64,000 nucleotides of DNA. Source: Oligoflexales bacterium. Its GTDB lineage: Bacteria; Bdellovibrionota_B; Oligoflexia; Oligoflexales; JALZUQ01. The stretch is from the NCBI GenBank assembly GCA_023301565.1, contig JALZUO010000034.1, forward strand, positions 3,621 to 67,620. Direction: 5' to 3'. Shown piece by piece: positions 9,890-18,841 of this stretch; the first letter of the stretch is position 1; each line of letters starts with the position of its first letter. Made by a program: the position numbers and the translations under genes. Under the pieces are notes generated by a model. That model saw only the letters and a program-made list of their open reading frames with translations. It was not told the DNA's origin and searched no databases.

Positions 9890-10900
9890 CTACGCCAGCA
9901 AATACGGCAAGCTTACATCAAAGCGGTAGTCTGTCCCCGAGTGGTTGTCGTTGAACTCTTCAAACCTGTGTGGGACAGAGCCTAGCTGCGCATGTAGCTG
10001 GCGCGCACCGTACAGAAGCGAGTACTGATCGCGGGTTCCGCATTCCACGTATATTTTTGGGACGCTTTTTAGGTTGGCTATTTTTGTCTGCAGGCGCTTT
10101 ACCGGATCGTGCTCTAGCCAGCGCTTCCATACGTCTTCTTTTACAGCGCCGCTATATAGATCTACCGGTATGTCAAAGCCGCACTCGGACTCTTGATTAG
10201 GCGAATAAAACCCAGATAGGCCCAGCACCATCATCGCCTCTAGCCAGTGGCCGGGTACTTTGGGTTTGGACCACGCAGCTTCTTGAAACTTTTGCACGCT
10301 ACCCTCAAACTTCATTAAAATATCGGATAGAGACGTGAGGTCTTTTCTCATGCTGATATCAAAAGCTGCATCACCCGAATGACAAGCAAAGCCTTCTAAA
10401 AGACCGGGGTAGTCTAGCCCTAAGCGAAAGGCACCAAAACCACCTGAGGATCGGCCCAGCGCATAGATTTTCGATTGCTCTGAAACAGAAGCGACATTTT
10501 TGGATAGATAAGAGACAAGATCTTTGGCAAGAAAGTCCCCGTGGTTACCAAAAAAACTAGAGTTCACATATTGAGATCCACCATAAGGGGTAAACATCTG
10601 CGGAAACACAGCGATGGCAGGAGGAATTACTTTTTCTTTGATCAGCCTGTCGATTCTCTGTGGAAAACTTTCTTTGAAAGCTCGCCAAGTCATCATCTCA
10701 AGGCCGCCGCCTAGCCAAGGAGCTAGTACAAGCAGCACGGGTAGGTTTGTATGTTGCCCAGGAGGCTTGTAAATACCTGTAAATACATGATTTTGACCCA
10801 TTTCAGCTTTAGCCAGGGAGGGGCTTTGGACTTTGAGTAGTTCAAGGCTACCGCCGATATCATAAAACTGTGGGAGTGTGCTAATCATAGGGATCTCCAT
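9890..10900 (-). CDS. Putative esterase (alpha/beta hydrolase, esterase-D/enterochelin-esterase-like)
   Basis: Nucleophile elbow GRSSGG, a downstream acidic residue and an HSG region. Length is typical of the putative-esterase family. Confidence 0.6.
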   Translation of the reverse strand: MEIPMISTLPQFYDIGGSLELLKVQSPSLAKAEMGQNHVFTGIYKPPGQHTNLPVLLVLAPWLGGGLEMMTWRAFKESFPQRIDRLIKEKVIPPAIAVFPQMFTPYGGSQYVNSSFFGNHGDFLAKDLVSYLSKNVASVSEQSKIYALGRSSGGFGAFRLGLDYPGLLEGFACHSGDAAFDISMRKDLTSLSDILMKFEGSVQKFQEAAWSKPKVPGHWLEAMMVLGLSGFYSPNQESECGFDIPVDLYSGAVKEDVWKRWLEHDPVKRLQTKIANLKSVPKIYVECGTRDQYSLLYGARQLHAQLGSVPHRFEEFNDNHSGTDYRFDVSLPYLLA

Positions 10901-10966
10901 TGGTTAGTTGGAGTATAGGGCAGATTGCCTCATGAGTGAAAAACCCAAAGTAGATTTGGTGAGAAA

Positions 10967-11725
10967 ATGGCCAAAAAAAAAGACAAACAAGCACTTCCTA
11001 AGCACGTTGAAAGTGTATTGCCGATTTTTAACTTTTTAAAGCAGTATCACGAATATGAAGTCAAGGGCTTAGCCGGCATTCCTAAAGAAGGCCCTGTGAT
11101 CATCGCATGCACGCATGCTTTGGCGACTTACGACATGCCTCTTCTGGCAAGAGAAATCTTTGAGAACCACGGACGACTTTGCAAGTTTTTAGTAGACCGT
11201 AATTTTTTTAAAATTCCTTATGTAGGCGAGCTCATGGAAGCCTTTGGCTCGGTTGAGGCCGGCCCTAAAACAGCAAAAAAGCTACTTGCGAAAGGCGAAA
11301 TCATTGTCGTTGCGCCAGGTGGTACGCGGGAACTTTTAAGGCCTTCTGGAGAGCGCTACCAGTTTTTGTGGGAAAACCGCAAAGGCTTTGTGAAGCTGGC
11401 GATGGAGTCGGGTGCCCCCATTGTTTTGGCTGCCTGCCCCAAAGCAGACGATGTTTTTACAGTTTATAAAAATCCAATCACAAAGTTTTTTTATGAGAAG
11501 TTTCGTTTTCCCGTATTTATTGCAAGGGGCTTGGGCCCCAGCCCTTTTCCGAGAAAGATTCGCCTAACGCACTTCTTGTCTAGGCCCGTACTTTTAGAAA
11601 AACTTCTAGAGAGCAGAGACCCTGAGCTGTTTGAGGCCCAGTTAGAAAAAAACCATCGATCGATCGTAAAAAAAATGGAAAACTTAGTAGCAAAAGCTAT
11701 TCGATATAGGCCAGAAGATTCATGA
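10967..11725 (+). CDS. Lysophospholipid/glycerolipid acyltransferase family protein
   Basis: Acyltransferase blocks CTHALATYD (His/Asp block, one residue longer than classical HX4D) and VVAPGGTRE. No transmembrane segment is obvious. Confidence 0.6.
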   Translation: MAKKKDKQALPKHVESVLPIFNFLKQYHEYEVKGLAGIPKEGPVIIACTHALATYDMPLLAREIFENHGRLCKFLVDRNFFKIPYVGELMEAFGSVEAGPKTAKKLLAKGEIIVVAPGGTRELLRPSGERYQFLWENRKGFVKLAMESGAPIVLAACPKADDVFTVYKNPITKFFYEKFRFPVFIARGLGPSPFPRKIRLTHFLSRPVLLEKLLESRDPELFEAQLEKNHRSIVKKMENLVAKAIRYRPEDS

Positions 11726-13119
11726 AAAAAATTCTCGAAGAAAAGTTAACTGCAGCAAAGATAGAGTTCAGCAGTCAGCAAGAAAGCCTTGAAAAACACT
11801 CTTCGGACTGGAGCAAGTATTCTAACGAGCTGCCTATGCTTGTTGTTTTTCCGGCATCTACTGAGCAGGTTTCTACCGTAGCAAAGATTTGCAGCGGGCT
11901 CAGTGTGGCCATGGTTCCTGTAGGCGGCCTTACCGGGCTTGCAGGCGGTGCTAATGCACAGCCGGATGCAGTAAGCATAAGCTTTGAGCGCCTAAATAAA
12001 ATCATCGAGTTTGATGCCGTTGGAAAATCTTTGCATTGCGGTGCAGGGGTTATCACTGAAGAGCTTATCGAAAAATGTTCTACAGAGGGCTACCGGTTTC
12101 CTATTGACCTAGCCGCTAAAGGCAGCTCTCAAAACGGAGGCAATGTAGCAACCAATGCTGGTGGGTTAGAGGTAGTTCACTACGGCATGACCCGGGCAAA
12201 TGTTTTGGGCTTAAAAGTTGTTTTGGCTAACGGGGATGTTTTAGATCTGACCCGAAAGCTTGAAAAGCATAATGTGGGTTACGACTTAAAGCAGCTTTTT
12301 ATAGGTTCCGAAGGTACCCTGGGTATGATTACAGAGGTAGTGTGGAGGGTGCATCCCAAGCCACAATCGAGTCTGCACGTGATGCTTCCATTGCAAAACC
12401 CAGAGAACGTCTCTGAGCTGCTTACGCAAATTCATGTTTCAGGTATGAACGTGCAGCGCTTTGAACTCGTAGATTTAAACTCTGTACGGCTTGTGGAGTC
12501 TCTGCACGACGGAGTAAAATGTCCTCTTAGCTTAGACAAAGAGTTTGGCTGCGTCCTTTTAGAGTTTTTTGACGAAAGCCAAGAACGGGTAGAAGCGTGG
12601 CTGGGTGATCTCATGGAGGCCAGGCTGATCGAAGACGCTGTTCTTCCCAAAAGCTCTGCTGAAATAGCGAATATATGGCAAGTAAGAGAGCTTGTGTCTG
12701 AGTCTTTATCTGCGGGAAAACATCTATGGAAAGAGGATTTGAGCGTGCCTTTAGCCAAATTAGGCGAATTTATTGGCTGGCTTGACAAGGAGCTTGGCTC
12801 CAAAATCACGTCTGGAAAACTCTACTTGTTTGGTCACGTAGGAGATGGCAACGTGCATGTAAACATTGGTAGTAAAGAAGAAGACGATGCTTTTGCCGAC
12901 CAGAAAAAAAACCTGCGCCCAGACCTGATGAGGTTTGTACACTCATTGAATGGCTCTCACAGTGCAGAGCATGGGGTAGGGATTTTGAAAAGAGATCTTT
13001 TTTCTACTTATTTATCAGAGACTGAAAAAACAACTATGGCCCTGATTAAAAAATCTATGGATCCAAAGAATTTGCTGAATCCAGGTAAGCTTTTTTTAGC
13101 CACCGAAATATCTGGTTAA
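11722..13119 (+). CDS. FAD-linked oxidase (GlcD / D-lactate / D-2-hydroxyacid dehydrogenase family)
   Basis: PCMH-type FAD-binding region (PVGGLTGLAGGA, GSEGTLGMITE) and C-terminal SAEHGVGILK. Overlaps the upstream gene by 4 nt. Confidence 0.75.
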   Translation: MKKILEEKLTAAKIEFSSQQESLEKHSSDWSKYSNELPMLVVFPASTEQVSTVAKICSGLSVAMVPVGGLTGLAGGANAQPDAVSISFERLNKIIEFDAVGKSLHCGAGVITEELIEKCSTEGYRFPIDLAAKGSSQNGGNVATNAGGLEVVHYGMTRANVLGLKVVLANGDVLDLTRKLEKHNVGYDLKQLFIGSEGTLGMITEVVWRVHPKPQSSLHVMLPLQNPENVSELLTQIHVSGMNVQRFELVDLNSVRLVESLHDGVKCPLSLDKEFGCVLLEFFDESQERVEAWLGDLMEARLIEDAVLPKSSAEIANIWQVRELVSESLSAGKHLWKEDLSVPLAKLGEFIGWLDKELGSKITSGKLYLFGHVGDGNVHVNIGSKEEDDAFADQKKNLRPDLMRFVHSLNGSHSAEHGVGILKRDLFSTYLSETEKTTMALIKKSMDPKNLLNPGKLFLATEISG

Positions 13120-13128
13120 GGCAGAGCC

Positions 13129-13938
13129 ATGCTAAAGCTTGAATCAGAGTTTTTTAACGTATCAAAAGATGTCCAGCTTCATTACTCATTTGTAAACAAA
13201 GATGCGGCCAAGGATGCAGCCAAGACTGTACTGCTGCTGAACGGCTTTAGCAGGCCTTTGTCCGACTTTCGCAGCTTGGCTGCCAAACTGGTGGATAAAG
13301 ACATTTCTGTTTTATTGGTTGACGTGCGCGGTAGCGGTAAAACCAAGTGGCAAGGATCGTTCGAGATGAAAGATTTAGTCTCCGACCTGATTTTGCTAGT
13401 AGATCATCTCGGTATAAGCAGGCTGCATATAGCAGGTGTGTCGATGGGAGGGATGGTCGCTCAATGCATTGCAATCGAAAACCCCTCTTTTCTAGCGAGT
13501 CTAACTCTGGTTTCGACAGCCCCTAGTCAAAAGTATTTGGTTGGACCTAGGTCGTGGCCAACCGAAGAGAAGGCTTTTTTAGAAAGCGTCGAGCAGTATT
13601 TTGCACCAGATTTTGCAAAGAAGAATAGGATTTTGATCAAAGGGTTTGCCAAGAGCATCCGTATGAAAATAGTCGAGGAAGCTTCTACAATTCAGAGCAG
13701 CAATCAAAGTGGCCTGGTAGAGCAAAGGAAAATGCTTGCTGATATAGAGCTTGAAGATAAGCTTGCTAAGGTTTTAGTGCCTACCCAAATCATTCATGGC
13801 TGTGAAGATCGAATCATTTTGCCAGAAGCGGCCAATAGCTTGCATAAAAAAATACCCAACTCGACGCTTTATTTAGACGTAGGAGTAGGGCATTTATATC
13901 TTGCGGAAAACCTTGGTTTACTCGCGCAAAGAATTTAA
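13129..13938 (+). CDS. Alpha/beta-fold hydrolase
   Basis: Oxyanion-region LLNGF, nucleophile elbow GVSMGG, C-terminal His region GVGHL. Confidence 0.75.
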   Translation: MLKLESEFFNVSKDVQLHYSFVNKDAAKDAAKTVLLLNGFSRPLSDFRSLAAKLVDKDISVLLVDVRGSGKTKWQGSFEMKDLVSDLILLVDHLGISRLHIAGVSMGGMVAQCIAIENPSFLASLTLVSTAPSQKYLVGPRSWPTEEKAFLESVEQYFAPDFAKKNRILIKGFAKSIRMKIVEEASTIQSSNQSGLVEQRKMLADIELEDKLAKVLVPTQIIHGCEDRIILPEAANSLHKKIPNSTLYLDVGVGHLYLAENLGLLAQRI

Positions 13939-14474
13939 TTCTCTGAATTACTTAAAATGTAGTTTTGAATAACCTCTTCATCGGCCGGGTCAATGTTTAC
14001 AATTTGTATTAAAACGTCTTTTTTTCGCCCGCGAACCGAATGACGGTTAACTTCGACGACTTTTCCGAGAGCCTCTAAATCACGCGGAGTTTCGATGCAG
14101 TGGTAGTCGACTACCTCCGACTTTAAGTTCCAATAGTCTGGCAGGCGGATCGCAAGTCGTAGCACTTGGTCTTGGTGTAAATCTTTTGTGGTGACAATTT
14201 CTATGCCAAAAGGGCTAAGAAGTTTTGTTTTTGCCCTGTTTGCTTCAGCCGCTCCGTCAATCATGTAGCCTTCGAAAAAGACAGTAACGCGTTGCTCACA
14301 CCCAGGATAGTCGCGGACCATTTCCGGATAGAACCTAAAGACGCTACGCTTGCGCTTTGGACGCTCAAGTACTGGCTCTAAGGTTTGCTCAGATATAGGC
14401 CGATTCTCAAGCCCATTTTCGGTTTCACCTAGTTCGATTGCATCGATGTTCCATTTTTTTTCATTCATAGTCAT
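13935..14474 (-). CDS. PilZ-like domain protein (possible c-di-GMP effector) downstream of fliA
   Basis: RxxxR element (RSVFR at aa 43-47) and, about 40 aa later, LLSPFG resembling the D/NxSxxG motif with the first residue not conserved. Overlaps fliA by 14 nt. Confidence 0.4.
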   Translation of the reverse strand: MTMNEKKWNIDAIELGETENGLENRPISEQTLEPVLERPKRKRSVFRFYPEMVRDYPGCEQRVTVFFEGYMIDGAAEANRAKTKLLSPFGIEIVTTKDLHQDQVLRLAIRLPDYWNLKSEVVDYHCIETPRDLEALGKVVEVNRHSVRGRKKDVLIQIVNIDPADEEVIQNYILSNSEN

Positions 14475-15237
14475 AATCCGGCATTTTCTTTTTTAGTTTG
14501 CTTTTTAATCTTTCGAGGGCTTGCGAATGTAGTTGGCTTACCCGACTTTCGGTGACGGCAAGGATTTTACCTATTTCCCGCAGGTTCAGCTCCTCATAAT
14601 AGTAAAGAGAAAGAACCAGCTTTTGTCGCTCTGGCAGCTCGTTGATGTTTTGAAGCATCATGTTCTTCATGGACTTGCTTTTGATCTGATGGAGCGGGTT
14701 GATTGAAGTCGGGTGCTCTAACGATTCTAAAAGTGTTTTTTTGTCATTATAATATTGTCCATAACTGTCGTCGACGCTCACAAGAGAAGTTGATTTTACC
14801 TTTGCCACCATCGATTGGTACGTATCAAGGTCAATCTCTAACCTTGCTGCTACTTCAATTTCGGTAGGGGTTCGCCCTAGCTCTTGCTCAAGCGCAAGGG
14901 CCGCACGGTCAATTCTTTTTGCTTTATCGCGGACAGACCGGGGGATCCAATCTTGGTTTCGAAGCTCATCAAGCATGGCACCACGGATACGGAACTCCGC
15001 ATATGTTTTAAATTTATTGTCCCTGCTAGGATCGTACTTTTCGATCGCATCCATAAGACCGATTACGCCTGCACTGGTCAGGTCGTCGATATCAATATTA
15101 GCTGGTAAACGAGCAATGATTCTTTGTGCTACGAATCGAATCAGTGGAGAGTAGTCCATGATCAGTTGATCTCGCAGCTTACCGTCTACGCCTGCTGTAT
15201 CTTGTTTATACCTCTTAACGAGGCCCTTCATCGCCAT
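14461..15237 (-). CDS. fliA: RNA polymerase sigma factor FliA (sigma-28)
   Basis: Sigma-70 family regions 2-4 (DLTSAGVIGLMDAIEKYDP; YAEFRIRGAMLDELR; LREIGKILAVTESRVSQLHSQAL). The size (258 aa) and lack of region 1 are typical of FliA/WhiG. Confidence 0.85.
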   Translation of the reverse strand: MAMKGLVKRYKQDTAGVDGKLRDQLIMDYSPLIRFVAQRIIARLPANIDIDDLTSAGVIGLMDAIEKYDPSRDNKFKTYAEFRIRGAMLDELRNQDWIPRSVRDKAKRIDRAALALEQELGRTPTEIEVAARLEIDLDTYQSMVAKVKSTSLVSVDDSYGQYYNDKKTLLESLEHPTSINPLHQIKSKSMKNMMLQNINELPERQKLVLSLYYYEELNLREIGKILAVTESRVSQLHSQALERLKSKLKKKMPDYDYE

Positions 15238-15472
15238 AGGGCTCTATCTCCTGTTGCCTTGCTGTAAAGACTTTCCATTACTATGCACGGAGATCGTTGG
15301 TTAAAAAATAAGCAATTCTTGCACTGCAGTTTTGCTAAGTAACTAGTTAAAATCATTGAATTGTATTCTTTGCCCCTGCCTGTCAAATATTTGATGAAAC
15401 TGTTGGGAGAAGGTATCTTTACCGTGCTTTTCGCGTCGTTTTTCGTGGATAAAGCCTTTTACCGGAGTTTTC

Positions 15473-15994
15473 ATGCGCTACTTAAAAATCATTCTTTCGA
15501 CTCTAACACTGCTCGGCCTGGCTGGGTGTTTAACCGGGTGTTTGGAGCAATACAACCCACGCGAAGATTGGGCTACCTTCAGAAAAGAGCGAGAGACTGC
15601 ACATGAAAACCAGCTGCAGCTAAACGATGACGGATCAAAGCCAGATATCAACCAAGTAAGAGAAGATGCAAAAGCTGCTCTTGCAGGTGGCGGAGCAGGC
15701 GGGATAGCGAAAAAATACGAAACCTTTTGTGTCTCTTGTCACGGAGCAAAAGGTGATGGGATGGGTCTTGCAGGTGCAGCATTAAATCCAAAGCCAAGGA
15801 ACTTCACAGATACGTCTTGGTGGGATGCCGGCAATGGTAAAAAGAAAGAACGGCTATATGCTGTTATTAAACTTGGCGGAGCAGGTACCGACTATGGAGT
15901 TGCTGCAACAATGTCTGCATGGGGCGGCGCACTTAGCGATGATGAAATCACTGAGATGGTCGCTTACTTAGAAGAGGCCTTCAAAGGCAAGTAA
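15473..15994 (+). CDS. Monohaem c-type cytochrome, lipoprotein-anchored
   Basis: Signal plus lipobox (LLGLAGC), haem-binding CVSCH, distal Met region (TMSAWGG). Confidence 0.8.
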   Translation: MRYLKIILSTLTLLGLAGCLTGCLEQYNPREDWATFRKERETAHENQLQLNDDGSKPDINQVREDAKAALAGGGAGGIAKKYETFCVSCHGAKGDGMGLAGAALNPKPRNFTDTSWWDAGNGKKKERLYAVIKLGGAGTDYGVAATMSAWGGALSDDEITEMVAYLEEAFKGK

Positions 15995-16019
15995 AAACCT
16001 ATGCAGTGCATAATGCTCT

Positions 16020-16940
16020 TTAAATATAAAGCTCTCCAGAAAAAGTCATCTCCGTAGGGCCCATCAATTCTATATCTTCGCCTTGAGCTTTTTGCCTAAC
16101 CCACAGAAGGCCACCTGGCATTTTTACTTCTACCCACTCCCCATAGTCCGCTTCAAATTCAGCATAAGCATGAGCTGCTACCGCACAAGCACCACTGCCA
16201 CAGGCATTTGTGGGCCCAACGCCTCGCTCCCAGACCCATACGTTTTTATGTCCGTGTTCAGCCATGTTTCTCAAACGACTATTTGTTTCAGGTGTGTGCT
16301 TAGACACGATATGCAGATTAATCCCCTTTGACCCTTCGCACTCAAATTCTTGCAGCTTACTAGCTACCGAGTAGAGGTGGGCGTTGCTTCCAGTCCACTC
16401 AGCAATCGCATGCGGGTTGCCTATGCTAAAGCAATTTAGGACTTTTATATCTTTTGAAACTTCAGCCGCAAAGGTTGTGAACGCACTACTCCAAGTTGAG
16501 GCTACAGGTGCAGGCATAGACACAGCGACTTGCTGAAGAGAGGGGGTTAAGAATTCTTTAGGTAAGGCTTTTAGGTAGCGGCCGTAGAAAGTATTATCTT
16601 CTACGCTTAACTCAACCAGTGAGTCAGCGTCTATGCTTTCATTGAGTACGGTGCTTCTTCGCCAAATGCTACCCATAACACAACGAAGGCCATTTCCGCA
16701 GTTTTTTGCAATGCTTCCATCGGAGTTTATGATAGTCACTTTTGTTGGGAAGACATTTTTTTTTTCAGCTGTACACACAAGAATTCCATCAGCGCCTACG
16801 TGTCCATAGTCGCGGCGACAAAGTAACGAAGCATTTTTTTTGAGGGATAGAAAAAGTTCTTTGGAGGTAGGTTCTAGCCAAATAACGATAAAATCGTTTC
16901 CTAGTCCGTGCCATTTTTCAAAGTCTATGTGCATAAACAC
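16020..16940 (-). CDS. dapF: Diaminopimelate epimerase
   Basis: Motifs HGLGNDFIVI, NCGNGLRC and ACGSGACAVA (the two catalytic Cys). Confidence 0.9.
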   Translation of the reverse strand: MFMHIDFEKWHGLGNDFIVIWLEPTSKELFLSLKKNASLLCRRDYGHVGADGILVCTAEKKNVFPTKVTIINSDGSIAKNCGNGLRCVMGSIWRRSTVLNESIDADSLVELSVEDNTFYGRYLKALPKEFLTPSLQQVAVSMPAPVASTWSSAFTTFAAEVSKDIKVLNCFSIGNPHAIAEWTGSNAHLYSVASKLQEFECEGSKGINLHIVSKHTPETNSRLRNMAEHGHKNVWVWERGVGPTNACGSGACAVAAHAYAEFEADYGEWVEVKMPGGLLWVRQKAQGEDIELMGPTEMTFSGELYI

Positions 16941-17048
16941 CTTCTCTCGCTTGTCTTTTGTCTTTATCTGCTTTCGTTGCTTGGACTCGCATTATAACTC
17001 GAGTAAAATGAAGATAACACCTTTTCTAAAAATGCCAAGGAGGGCCTT

Positions 17049-17621
17049 ATGCGAGAAATACTAAACAAAATCAAGCCATTACTTAGCAGCATGAAAACAG
17101 CTAACCCTCCAAGCTCTGGCCGTCAGGTAAACCTTGTTCTTTTGGAAAATGTCGCTTCCGGGGAGTGCCCCTTTTGGTTTGGTTTGTTTGCTCCCGGTAA
17201 GTACAAGTCCAAAGATTTGATGAGCCTAGAAAGGGTTGAAGACGTATTTTATCAGGTGAATGTAAACGGCCTAGACGAAACGGTCCCTACCCTCGTTTCT
17301 ATTCCAGATAAGAAAAGCCGTAAAACTATTTACCTCGTGCCACGTACAGATAATACTTCTTTTCGAGAATACACTGTTTGGCTTTCGGATATAGCGCGCA
17401 GTATTTTTGATCTGGGTACTACCAAGATTGGATTTTGTCTTAGCAGCGATTTTTACAATGAAATGTTTGAAGAGATCATCCGCAACTTGATTGTTTCTAC
17501 AAAAGTAGAAACTGTTTACCTACTGACGGGAAACTCAAACAAGACACATATTTTGAAAGAAGCCCGTAGCCTCAAAGAAGACCTTAAGGGTACAGGCTGT
17601 GATCTAACTATTTTTCACTAA
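17049..17621 (+). CDS. Hypothetical protein
   Basis: Clean 190-aa ORF with RBS aaggagg 6 nt upstream. No recognisable motif. Confidence 0.5.
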   Translation: MREILNKIKPLLSSMKTANPPSSGRQVNLVLLENVASGECPFWFGLFAPGKYKSKDLMSLERVEDVFYQVNVNGLDETVPTLVSIPDKKSRKTIYLVPRTDNTSFREYTVWLSDIARSIFDLGTTKIGFCLSSDFYNEMFEEIIRNLIVSTKVETVYLLTGNSNKTHILKEARSLKEDLKGTGCDLTIFH

Positions 17622-17628
17622 AAGATAG

Positions 17629-18777
17629 CTAGAGATACCTAGAAATAACTAAACGTTGAATCTCACTGGTCCCCTCACCAATTCGTAGCAGGGCAGCATC
17701 CCTATAGTGCCGTTCAATTGTGTACTCTTTCATAAGGCCATAGCCGCCGAATATTTGCTGTCCTTCACGTGCACAGAACTCAGCGGTTTCAGAAGCATAC
17801 AGTTTTGCCATGGCTGCTTCCTTGGCAAATGGTTTGCCCTGATCTCTCAGCCAGCAAGCCTTGTAGAGCAACATTCTAGATGTTTCAACTTTGGTTGCCA
17901 TGTCGGCTAGCTTAAAACCTACAGCTTGATGCTTAATGATCTGTTTACCAAATGTTTTACGCTGTTTTGCATATTCAACGGCAAGATCTAAGGCGCCTTG
18001 CGCAAGGCCTACACCCATCGCCGCTATCGACAACCTACCACCGTCGAGGGTTTGCATCATAATCTTAAACCCTTGGCCTAGCTGCCCAAGAATAGCGTCT
18101 TTACCTACTTCGACGTCATCAAAATAAAGCTCTCCAGTGTTTGAGGCACGCCACATCATTTTGCCATGCATGACCTTTGCCGCGACACCTTTAGCTCCGG
18201 CCGGAACAAGAAAGCAGCTCAGCTCATTTTTGCCGGATTCTGTTTTTCCTGTAACCGCTTGCATTGTATAACCTCGCGTTAGCTCGCTTGCCGAGTTCGT
18301 GATCCACAGTTTTGAACCGCTTATAGACCACAAGTCATTTTTTTTAGTAGCCCTAGTCTTACTAGCCTGCGCATCGCTCCCAGCATCAGGCTCTGTTAGT
18401 CCAAAAGCCCAAAGCCCACCACCCGAAGTAACAGATGGAAGAAAGTTCTGCTTTTGCTCTTCTGTTCCAAAATAATACAAAGGCCCACAGCCCAAGCTAT
18501 TGTGAGCTGCAATAGTCGCAGCGTGAGAGCTATCTACTCGGGCCAGTTCCTCGACGATGATGGCATAAGAAAGGTAATCCATTCCTTGGCCACCGTATTT
18601 TTCATCTACAAATATTCCAAAAAATCCCATTTCAGCCATAGCTTTTGCAGTGTCTAGGGAGAACTCTTCTTTTGCGTCGAGCTCCTCGGCTTTTGGCGCA
18701 ATTTCTTGCGTTGCAAATTCACGCACGGCATCACGTAGTGCCTTTTGATCGTCCGTATCAAAAAAAGAGTAAGCCAT
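17629..18777 (-). CDS. Acyl-CoA dehydrogenase (short/branched-chain type)
   Basis: Full-length ACAD architecture with the catalytic-base region YRDAALLRIGEGTSEIQRLVISR and the GLTEPDAGSD motif. Confidence 0.9.
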   Translation of the reverse strand: MAYSFFDTDDQKALRDAVREFATQEIAPKAEELDAKEEFSLDTAKAMAEMGFFGIFVDEKYGGQGMDYLSYAIIVEELARVDSSHAATIAAHNSLGCGPLYYFGTEEQKQNFLPSVTSGGGLWAFGLTEPDAGSDAQASKTRATKKNDLWSISGSKLWITNSASELTRGYTMQAVTGKTESGKNELSCFLVPAGAKGVAAKVMHGKMMWRASNTGELYFDDVEVGKDAILGQLGQGFKIMMQTLDGGRLSIAAMGVGLAQGALDLAVEYAKQRKTFGKQIIKHQAVGFKLADMATKVETSRMLLYKACWLRDQGKPFAKEAAMAKLYASETAEFCAREGQQIFGGYGLMKEYTIERHYRDAALLRIGEGTSEIQRLVISRYL

Positions 18778-18841
18778 ATATATCTCCTAACTTAAATTCA
18801 TTTAACTTAAAAACGTACTACTATTGGACCCTCTGTCACTT

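Noticed and set aside
10973-10981. A9 homopolymer right after the acyltransferase start codon as a possible phase-variation tract.
   Set aside because: It simply encodes KKK. The tract is short for slipped-strand switching, and similar A/T runs occur throughout this AT-leaning genome.
13201-13224. 12-bp tandem duplication GATGCGGCCAAG GATGCAGCCAAG (DAAKDAAK) in the alpha/beta hydrolase N-terminus.
   Set aside because: There are only two copies, they are in frame, and they fall in a non-conserved N-terminal region. This is most likely a trivial slippage duplication.
15361-15606. 81-aa + strand ORF overlapping the cytochrome c start.
   Set aside because: It is out of frame with, and overlaps, the cytochrome gene, which has a signal peptide, a lipobox and a CxxCH motif.
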